Source: Eledone cirrhosa
Taxonomy: Eukaryota
Assembly: GCA_964016885.1 (NCBI GenBank)
Contig: OZ024756.1
Coordinates: 11,408,001-11,472,000, forward strand
Direction: 5' to 3'
Length of the DNA stretch: 64,000 nt
Below the pieces are notes generated by a model, which searched no databases, was not told the origin of the DNA, and worked only from the letters and a program-made list of their open reading frames with translations. Each line of letters opens with the position of its first letter. The first letter of the stretch is position 1. Positions 54,738-64,000 of the stretch are shown piece by piece. The translations under genes and the position numbers were made by a program.

Positions 54738-56101
54738 TTTAAGGTACCTACCTAGATTTTCTAAAACACAATTTCAGCCACTACTTCAATAGTTTATACA
54801 GAAGTTTCTTTACATGTCAACTGTTGGAATAGTTTCTTCTAATTCTGACAGAATCTATTGCCAGAGATTGCTCAGATCAATAGTTAGAACACATGGACGG
54901 AATTCAAGGGACACTTGGTTTGATTCTTTGTAGCAGCTGTTGGCCACCTTTTTCTGTCCACAGGGGTATTTTACCAGCTCTGACAGATCGGGAATGATTA
55001 AAAACATTCTAGCATTGATGTTATCAGTTTTCTCCAAGTTGTGTTATCATAGACTCGCAATGACTAATTATCCAGTGGGTGTTATTTGAGGGAAATTTCA
55101 TTGCTTTTTCTCACAGGTCGAATGACTACTTAGAGCAAGTATGAGCAACATTTTTCTAGCAGTGTGCCGTGGGAGATATGGCTCATTATAAGCTGTGCCA
55201 CACTGTTATCTATCTAAAGCAGGTATAGGCAACATTTTTCGAATGTTGATGATTGATCATAAGGTGTGCTGTGTTACTGAAAAAATCAAGGTGATTTTGA
55301 ATATAGGTGTGCTATTGAGAAGTTAAATGAGCTGCAGATGTTTGCTCAGGATTGACATTCAATCTTCCTCTTTAGCTCAATTATATTAAGTTGTATTAGC
55401 TTTTCACTCTATATTTTTCATTATAAAAGATAATTCTTGCTGTGTCTTGTCTATACACACACACACACGCACACAAACACACACACACACGCACACAAAC
55501 ACACATGCACACACACACACACACACACACATATTTATTTATATAATTAAGAGTAGTTAAGACAGGGTTACTTCAACATAATTGCTTTATTGCATGATAT
55601 ATATTTCTATTACATGGTTATGCATGTGACTTCATCAGATGCTCATAGAATCATAGATACAGCTATGCAATGGGGATATCTCGCTGGTCATGTATTACCA
55701 TCCTGTTGTGCTGCCAGCAGACCCCCCCCCCCCACACACACACACAGACACAGACAGAGAGACAGATTGATTCTGAAGAAATCAATACAGAGGAAAAATG
55801 TATTTTCTTCTTACTGTATTGATATAACCAATCGTAAGTCAATTAGATGATTTAATGTAATTTAATCCTCGTTATTTCCATTCATTTATATATATACTCT
55901 GTGATATTATAAAACTACTGTGATTGGAAATTAACTGATTGGATTAAACTCTGAACTATCTTTTACCTATCTGGCTGTGGACTATAAAACCACATGTCAG
56001 CTTTGAAATATTCTTTGCTTTATATGGTTTTATCATCTTGTCTAAACTAGTATATTTATATATAGAAAGAATTTGTAGTTTACTTGAAACATGGTATATG
56101 G

Positions 56102-56385
56102 TATAAAGAGTTCAAAGTTTGAAAGCCACGACATTGCAGGTTGGATGGAGAATAATTGAATCGTAAGAAACGGGGGGTATTTTTTTACCTTAATTTATTC
56201 ATATGTCCTGATATTTCGGACACTGGAATAGTTCCTTTATTTTCCTTGGAAGGAAGAAGAGATATTAATCTCGACATATCAGGACATATGAATAAATTAA
56301 GGTAAGAAAACATCTCCTGTTTCTTAAGATTTAATTTATTCTGTCCAAACCCGCATTGTCATGGCTTTCAAACGAATTCTTTATA
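56102..56385. mobile_element. Diverged fold-back element
   Basis: Arms ...ttaccttaatttattcatatgtcctgatat and atatcaggacatatgaataaattaaggtaa...; the minus strand has ggaact..gtcc-GAAA-tatc but no intact CTGATGA. Confidence 0.5.
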
Positions 56386-56724
56386 ATATATATATATATA
56401 AATATATTTTGAGTATATGTTGGTTGTTTATCGACACTTCAGATTGGAGCACTCGATGAAGTGCGCAGGTTGGTTTGGTTACTCCGGAGTAATGTAAAAT
56501 AATATAAATAAGTCAAATATTTAAAATTTGGCTTTGTTTATTACTGCTACATATATTTCGGTGACAGCCATCTTTGGCTGTGACCTCTTCAGGCAGTCCA
56601 AATTGGTGTGGGTACACATGTTGTTGAGGTGTTTAACTCCGTCAATACTCCGATATGCCCAGTTCCTGGTTGGGTTGTTATTTCTCTGAGGAACTGGAAT
56701 CATATATATATATATATATATATA

Positions 56725-57048
56725 TCATCATTTCATTTCATTTTACGTCCACTTTTTCCCTGCTTGCAAGGGTGGGACGGGAACTGATTCTGGCTTGATT
56801 TCTACAGCTGGATGCCCTTCCTAACACCAACCTCATTTACAGTGAGTGCTGGGTGCTTTTTTGCCGTGGCACCTTCACGACCACTTTGCAGTGGAATGAT
56901 AGGGACCCCATTTCTACAGCTGAGTAAACTGGAGCATTGTGAAATAAAGTGTCTTGCTCAAGGAAACAACACATCACCCGGTCTGAGAATTGAACTCACA
57001 ACCTTTCGATTGCAAGCCCAATGCTCTAACCACTAAGCCATGTGCCTC
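56725..57048 (-). mobile_element. SINE family 1
   Basis: Near-full reverse-complement match; one arm of the internal hairpin is deleted. Confidence 0.9.
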
Positions 57049-57077
57049 CATATATAAATATATAAATATATATATAT

Positions 57078-57256
57078 AAATTAGAAAGTGAGGTTTTTTT
57101 ACAAAATGAAAAATAGCCGAGGTGTCCTACATGAGTGAAAGTATAAAGAAAAAAAGATGAAATCGAAAATGCAACTGGAGTCTTATTTAAAAAAAATTAT
57201 ATATATTTTTTTAAAAATAAGACTCCAGTTGCATTTTCGATTTCATCTTTTTTTCT
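57078..57256 (-). mobile_element. Fold-back element (about 50-bp arms) with tail, in (TA)n
   Basis: agaaaaaaagatgaaatcgaaaatgcaactggagtcttattt / aaataagactccagttgcattttcgatttcatctttttttct. Confidence 0.5.
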
Positions 57257-57265
57257 ATATATATG

Positions 57266-57320
<55 letters not shown>

Positions 57321-57552
57321 TTGTTACTTGTTCCTTATGGAAATACATTTTCAAACATTATTCACTTCAGACATAAAAATCTGTGCTTTGCAGCATGGGT
57401 TATCATATTCTATAGTCTGGTTCTCAGACCCCGCTGGCATGCTGTCGGCTTTGTTTTCTACTTTTCAAGGTCAATAAAGTTGTTGTCAATTCACTGATCT
57501 GTTTCCCCCAATACACACCTTTGTGACTTACTTTTTTTTTCCCAAGCTTTAA

Positions 57553-57723
57553 CCCTTTAACATTTAAACCACTCATACTGATGTTAAGGTATTGTTCTCA
57601 AAATAACATCAAAATCTCATAGATTCAATATTATATGAAATAAAGCCTTCACCTCAAAAATGCAATAGTGAAATAGTGTTTACCATGAAAATACAATACT
57701 ATATATAGAGTAATGTTAAAGGG
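57553..57723. mobile_element. TTAA-flanked MITE (deleted variant)
   Basis: TTAA-ccctttaaca...tgttaaaggg-TTAA. Confidence 0.75.
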
Positions 57724-58068
57724 TTAAAGCAGAACACTCTCCATAGAACTTCGCAAAACTACATTTTTGCATGTTATTTAAATGTTAAATTTTCACTTTT
57801 CCAAATGTATTTAGAATCTGACATTGTAAGCACAGTATGGCCACTTAAGAAGTTCATTTTGCAATCTTTAGGCCATGGGTTGAAGCCCTCTGTGGTCTGG
57901 CATCTTGGGCGTCATTAACCATAGTTTACAACAGGAATTGATGGCACTTTTATTTACCATTACCCATTTTTTAAAAACCAACCTCAATTATAATCGACTT
58001 TCCCATTGCTGGCTTTGTGCATGAATTAGAAACCATTATTGTTATGTTTTGTGACATAGTTATAGCCC

Positions 58069-58150
58069 TTTATGTTCTGAGTTCAAATCCTACTGATGTT
58101 AGCTTTGCCTATCATCCTTACAGGGTCGATAAAATAAAGTACCAGTAGAC
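58069..58150 (+). mobile_element. SINE family 2 fragment running directly into the satellite
   Basis: ttctgagttcaaatcc...ctttgcctatcatccttacagggtcgataaaataaagtaccagta. Confidence 0.8.
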
Positions 58151-61100
58151 ACTCCTTCTGTAGTGGTTCAATCCCTGGTGTTCCCAGTAGACATGTCTTC
58201 TGGAGTGGTTCAATCCCTGGTGTTCCCAGTAGACATGTCTTCTGTAGTGGTTCAATCCCTGGTGTTCCCAGTAGAGATGACTTCTGGAGTGGTTCAATCT
58301 CTGGTGTTCCCAGTAGACATGTCTTCTGGAGTGGTTCAATCCCTGGTGTTCCCAGTAGACATGTCTTCTGTAGTGGTTCAATCTCTGGTGTTCCCAGTAG
58401 ACACTCCTTCTGGAGTGGTTCAATCTCTGGTGTTCCCAGTAGACATGTCTTCTGGAGTGGTTCAATCTCTGGTGTTCCCAGTAGACATGTCTTCTGGAGT
58501 GGTTCAATCTCTGGTGTTCCCAGTAGACATGTCTTCTGGAGTGGTTCAATCTCTGGTGTTCCCAGTAGACATGTCTTCTGGAGTGGTTCAATCCCTGGTG
58601 TTCCCAGTAGACATGTCTTCTGGAGTGGTTCAATCCCTGGTGTTCCCAGTAGACATGTCTTCTGTAGTGGTTCAATCTCTGGTGTTCCCAGTAGACATGA
58701 CTTCTGGAGTGGTTCAATCCCTGGTGTTCCCAGTAGACACTCCTTCTGGAGTGGTTCAATCTCTGGTGTTCCCAGTAGACATGTCTTCTGGAGTGGTTCA
58801 ATCTCTGGTGTTCCCAGTAGACATGTCTTCTGGAGTGGTTCAATCCCTGGTGTTCCCAGTAGACATGTCTTCTGGAGTGGTTCAATCTCTGGTGTTCCCA
58901 GTAGACATGACTTCTGGAGTGGTTCAATCTCTGGTGTTCCCAGTAGACATGTCTTCTGGAGTGGTTCAATCTCTGGTGTTCCCAGTAGACATGTCTTCTG
59001 GAGTGGTTCAATCTCTGGTGTTCCCAGTAGACATGTCTTCTGGAGTGGTTCAATCCCTGGTGTTCCCAGTAGACATGTCTTCTGGAGTGGTTCAATCCCT
59101 GGTGTTCCCAGTAGACATGTCTTCTGGAGTGGTTCAATCTCTGGTGTTCCCAGTAGACATGTCTTCTGGAGTGGTTCAATCTCTGGTGTTCCCAGTAGAC
59201 ATGTCTTCTGGAGTGGTTCAATCCCTGGTGTTCCCAGTAGACATGACTTCTGGAGTGGTTCAATCCCTGGTGTTCCCAGTAGACATGTCTTCTGGAGTGG
59301 TTCAATCTCTGGTGTTCCCAGTAGACATGTCTTCTGGAGTGGTTCAATCCCTGGTGTTCCCAGTAGACATGTCTTCTGGAGTGGTTCAATCTCTGGTGTT
59401 CCCAGTAGACATGTCTTCTGGAGTGGTTCAATCTCTGGTGTTCCCAGTAGACATGACTTCTGGAGTGGTTCAATCCCTGGTGTTCCCAGTAGACATGTCT
59501 TCTGGAGTGGTTCAATCCCTGGTGTTCCCAGTAGACATGTCTTCTGGAGTGGTTCAATCTCTGGTGTTCCCAGTAGACATGTCTTCTGGAGTGGTTCAAT
59601 CTCTGGTGTTCCCAGTAGACATGTCTTCTGGAGTGGTTCAATCCCTGGTGTTCCCAGTAGACATGTCTTCTGGAGTGGTTCAATCCCTGGTGTTCCCAGT
59701 AGACATGTCTTCTGGAGTGGTTCAATCTCTGGTGTTCCCAGTAGAGATGTCTTCTGGAGTGGTTCAATCCCTGGTGTTCCCAGTAGACATGTCTTCTGGA
59801 GTGGTTCAATCCCTGGTGTTCCCAGTAGACATGTCTTCTGGAGTGGTTCAATCCCTGGTGTTCCCAGTAGACATGTCTTCTGGAGTGGTTCAATCTCTGG
59901 TGTTCCCAGTAGAGATGTCTTCTGGAGTGGTTCAATCCCTGGTGTTCCCAGTAGACATGTCTTCTGGAGTGGTTCAATCCCTGGTGTTCCCAGTAGACAT
60001 GTCTTCTGGAGTGGTTCAATCCCTGGTGTTCCCAGTAGACATGTCTTCTGGAGTGGTTCAATCCCTGGTGTTCCCAGTAGACATGTCTTCTGGAGTGGTT
60101 CAATCTCTGGTGTTCCCAGTAGAGATGTCTTCTGGAGTGGTTCAATCCCTGGTGTTCCCAGTAGACATGTCTTCTGGAGTGGTTCAATCCCTGGTGTTCC
60201 CAGTAGACATGTCTTCTGGAGTGGTTCAATCCCTGGTGTTCCCAGTAGACATGTCTTCTGGAGTGGTTCAATCTCTGGTGTTCCCAGTAGAGATGTCTTC
60301 TGGAGTGGTTCAATCCCTGGTGTTCCCAGTAGACATGTCTTCTGGAGTGGTTCAATCTCGGGTGTTCCCAGTAGACATGTCTTCTGGAGTGGTTCAATCC
60401 CTGGTGTTCCCAGTAGACATGTCTTCTGGAGTGGTTCAATCTCTGGTGTTCCCAGTAGACATGTCTTCTGGAGTGGTTCAATCCCTGGTGTTCCCAGTAG
60501 AGATGTCTTCTGGAGTGGTTCAATCCCTGGTGTTCCCAGTAGAGATGTCTTCTGGAGTGGTTCAATCCCTGGTGTTCCCAGTAGACATGTCTTCTGGAGT
60601 GGTTCAATCTCTGGTGTTCCCAGTAGAGATGTCTTCTGGAGTGGTTCAATCCCTGGTGTTCCCAGTAGACATGTCTTCTGGAGTGGTTCAATCCCTGGTG
60701 TTCCCAGTAGACATGTCTTCTGGAGTGGTTCAATCCCTGGTGTTCCCAGTAGACATGTCTTCTGGAGTGGTTCAATCTCTGGTGTTCCCAGTAGACATGT
60801 CTTCTGGAGTGGTTCAATCTCTGGTGTTCCCAGTAGAGATGTCTTCTGGAGTGGTTCAATCCCTGGTGTTCCCAGTAGACATGTCTTCTGGAGTGGTTCA
60901 ATCCCTGGTGTTCCCAGTAGACATATCTTCTGGAGTGGTTCAATCCCTGGTGTTCCCAGTAGACATGTCTTCTGGAGTGGTTCAATCCCTGGTGTTCCCA
61001 GTAGACATGTCTTCTGGAGTGGTTCAATCTCTGGTGTTCCCAGTAGACATGTCTTCTGGAGTGGTTCAATCTCTGGTGTTCCCAGTAGACATGTCTTCTG

Positions 61101-64000
61101 GAGTGGTTCAATCTCTGGTGTTCCCAGTAGACATGTCTTCTGGAGTGGTTCAATCTCTGGTGTTCCCAGTAGACATGTCTTCTGGAGTGGTTCAATCCCT
61201 GGTGTTCCCAGTAGACATGTCTTCTGGAGTGGTTCAATCTCTGGTGTTCCCAGTAGACATGTCTTCTGGAGTGGTTCAATCTCTGGTGTTCCCAGTAGAC
61301 ATGTCTTCTGGAGTGGTTCAATCCCTGGTGTTCCCAGTAGACATGTCTTCTGGAGTGGTTCAATCTCTGGTGTTCCCAGTAGACATGTCTTCTGGAGTGG
61401 TTCAATCTCTGGTGTTCCCAGTAGACATGTCTTCTGGAGTGGTTCAATCCCTGGTGTTCCCAGTAGACATGACTTCTGGAGTGGTTCAATCCCTGGTGTT
61501 CCCAGTAGACATGTCTTCTGGAGTGGTTCAATCTCTGGTGTTCCCAGTAGACATGTCTTCTGGAGTGGTTCAATCCCTGGTGTTCCCAGTAGACATGTCT
61601 TCTGGAGTGGTTCAATCCCTGGTGTTCCCAGTAGACATGTCTTCTGGAGTGGTTCAATCCCTGGTGTTCCCAGTAGACATGTCTTCTGTAGTGGTTCAAT
61701 CCCTGGTGTTCCCAGTAGACATGTCTTCTGTAGTGGTTCAATCTCTGGTGTTCCCAGTAGACATGACTTCTGGAGTGGTTCAATCTCTGGTGTTCCCAGT
61801 AGACATGACTTCTGGAGTGGTTCAATCTCTGGTGTTCCCAGTAGACATGTCTTCTGGAGTGGTTCAATCTCTGGTGTTCCCAGTAGACATGACTTCTGGA
61901 GTGGTTCAATCCCTGGTGTTCCCAGTAGACATGTCTTCTGGAGTGGTTCAATCTCTGGTGTTCCCAGTAGAGATGTCTTCTGGAGTGGTTCAATCCCTGG
62001 TGTTCCCAGTAGACATGTCTTCTGGAGTGGTTCAATCCCTGGTGTTCCCAGTAGACATGACTTCTGGAGTGGTTCAATCCCTGGTGTTCCCAGTAGACAT
62101 GTCTTCTGGAGTGGTTCAATCCCTGGTGTTCCCAGTAGACATGACTTCTGGAGTGGTTCAATCCCTGGTGTTCCCAGTAGACATGACTTCTGGAGTGGTT
62201 CAATCCCTGGTGTTCCCAGTAGACATGACTTCTGGAGTGGTTCAATCCCTGGTGTTCCCAGTAGACATGACTTCTGGAGTGGTTCAATCTCTGGTGTTCC
62301 CAGTAGACATGTCTTCTGGAGTGGTTCAATCCCTGGTGTTCCCAGTAGAGATGACTTCTGGAGTGGTTCAATCCCTGGTGTTCCCAGTAGACATGACTTC
62401 TGGAGTGGTTCAATCCCTGGTGTTCCCAGTAGACATGACTTCTGGAGTGGTTCAATCTCTGGTGTTCCCAGTAGACATGTCTTCTGGAGTGGTTCAATCC
62501 CTGGTGTTCCCAGTAGAGATGACTTCTGGAGTGGTTCAATCCCTGGTGTTCCCAGTAGACATGTCTTCTGGAGTGGTTCAATCTCTGGTGTTCCCAGTAG
62601 ACATGTCTTCTGGAGTGGTTCAATCTCTGGTGTTCCCAGTAGACATGTCTTCTGGAGTGGTTCAATCTCTGGTGTTCCCAGTAGACATGTCTTCTGGAGT
62701 GGTTCAATCCCTGGTGTTCCCAGTAGACATGACTTCTGGAGTGGTTCAATCTCTGGTGTTCCCAGTAGACATGTCTTCTGGAGTGGTTCAATCTCTGGTG
62801 TTCCCAGTAGACATGTCTTCTGGAGTGGTTCAATCTCTGGTGTTCCCAGTAGACATGTCTTCTGGAGTGGTTCAATCTCTGGTGTTCCCAGTAGACATGT
62901 CTTCTGGAGTGGTTCAATCTCTGGTGTTCCCAGTAGACATGACTTCTGGAGTGGTTCAATCTCTGGTGTTCCCAGTAGACATGTCTTCTGGAGTGGTTCA
63001 ATCCCTGGTGTTCCCAGTAGACATGACTTCTGGAGTGGTTCAATCTCTGGTGTTCCCAGTAGACATGTCTTCTGGAGTGGTTCAATCCCTGGTGTTCCCA
63101 GTAGACATGTCTTCTGGAGTGGTTCAATCTCTGGTGTTCCCAGTAGACATGTCTTCTGGAGTGGTTCAATCTCTGGTGTTCCCAGTAGACATGTCTTCTG
63201 GAGTGGTTCAATCTCTGGTGTTCCCAGTAGACATGACTTCTGGAGTGGTTCAATCTCTGGTGTTCCCAGTAGACATATCTTCTGGAGTGGTTCAATCCCT
63301 GGTGTTCCCAGTAGACATGACTTCTGGAGTGGTTCAATCTCTGGTGTTCCCAGTAGACATGTCTTCTGGAGTGGTTCAATCTCTGGTGTTCCCAGTAGAC
63401 ATGTCTTCTGGAGTGGTTCAATCTCTGGTGTTCCCAGTAGACATGTCTTCTGGAGTGGTTCAATCTCTGGTGTTCCCAGTAGACATGTCTTCTGGAGTGG
63501 TTCAATCTCTGGTGTTCCCAGTAGACATGTCTTCTGGAGTGGTTCAATCTCTGGTGTTCCCAGTAGACATGACTTCTGGAGTGGTTCAATCTCTGGTGTT
63601 CCCAGTAGACATGTCTTCTGGAGTGGTTCAATCCCTGGTGTTCCCAGTAGACACTCCTTCTGGAGTGGTTCAATCTCTGGTGTTCCCAGTAGACATGTCT
63701 TCTGGAGTGGTTCAATCTCTGGTGTTCCCAGTAGACATGTCTTCTGGAGTGGTTCAATCTCTGGTGTTCCCAGTAGACATGTCTTCTGGAGTGGTTCAAT
63801 CTCTGGTGTTCCCAGTAGACATGTCTTCTGGAGTGGTTCAATCTCTGGTGTTCCCAGTAGACATGTCTTCTGGAGTGGTTCAATCTCTGGTGTTCCCAGT
63901 AGACATGTCTTCTGGAGTGGTTCAATCTCTGGTGTTCCCAGTAGACATGACTTCTGTAGTGGTTCAATCCCTGGTGTTCCCAGTAGACATGACTTCTGGA
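58142..64000. repeat. 42-bp satellite array, at least 139 copies, continuing past the window edge
   Basis: Unit ccagtagacatgtcttctggagtggttcaatc(t/c)ctggtgttc; very homogeneous. Confidence 0.98.

Noticed and set aside
54790-55070. Possible host exon (unique, moderate-GC sequence; similar patch at 40925-41050)
   Set aside because: No frame bounded by convincing splice sites, and no recognisable protein motif.
58118-63967. 1949-aa ORF of 14-aa repeats (HVYWEHQRLNHSRR)
   Set aside because: A 42-bp unit is divisible by 3, so one stop-free frame arises trivially. The ORF ends inside an antisense SINE and has no unique domain or splice evidence.
58142-64000. CRISPR-like array, or tRNA-like array (GGTTCAATCCC resembles a T-loop/B box)
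   Set aside because: There are no unique spacers or cas genes and the context is eukaryotic. A 42-bp unit cannot form a cloverleaf, and the B-box resemblance alone is insufficient.

Overview
A repeat-saturated, AT-rich eukaryotic window. The combination of (TA)n/(CAT)n microsatellites, tRNA-derived SINEs with RTE-type tails and RTE LINEs suggests an animal, probably an octopus-type cephalopod (inference). I found no confident host protein-coding exon, only a weak candidate promoter/first exon near 20.9 kb. Most ORFs in the track are microsatellite, satellite or SINE artefacts. Supported content: two DD37D (maT) Tc1/mariner copies with complementary lesions; Tigger/pogo-, hAT- and TTAA (piggyBac-like) MITEs; two precisely inserted mini-Helitrons; decayed RTE-clade LINEs, one family carrying a PHD-like finger after the YADD motif; nine near-full copies of one SINE; and 40-, 42-, 47- and 62-bp tandem repeats, three apparently born from TE sequence. 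The most striking pattern is about 15 short insertions, mostly in (TA)n tracts and mostly fold-back (palindromic), from several families. Many carry recognisable hammerhead-ribozyme cores, in some copies on both strands, with family-specific arm endpoints and a shared GAGT(A/G)C tail motif. They are best read as Penelope-like (pLTR) or retrozyme-like ends produced by snap-back synthesis.
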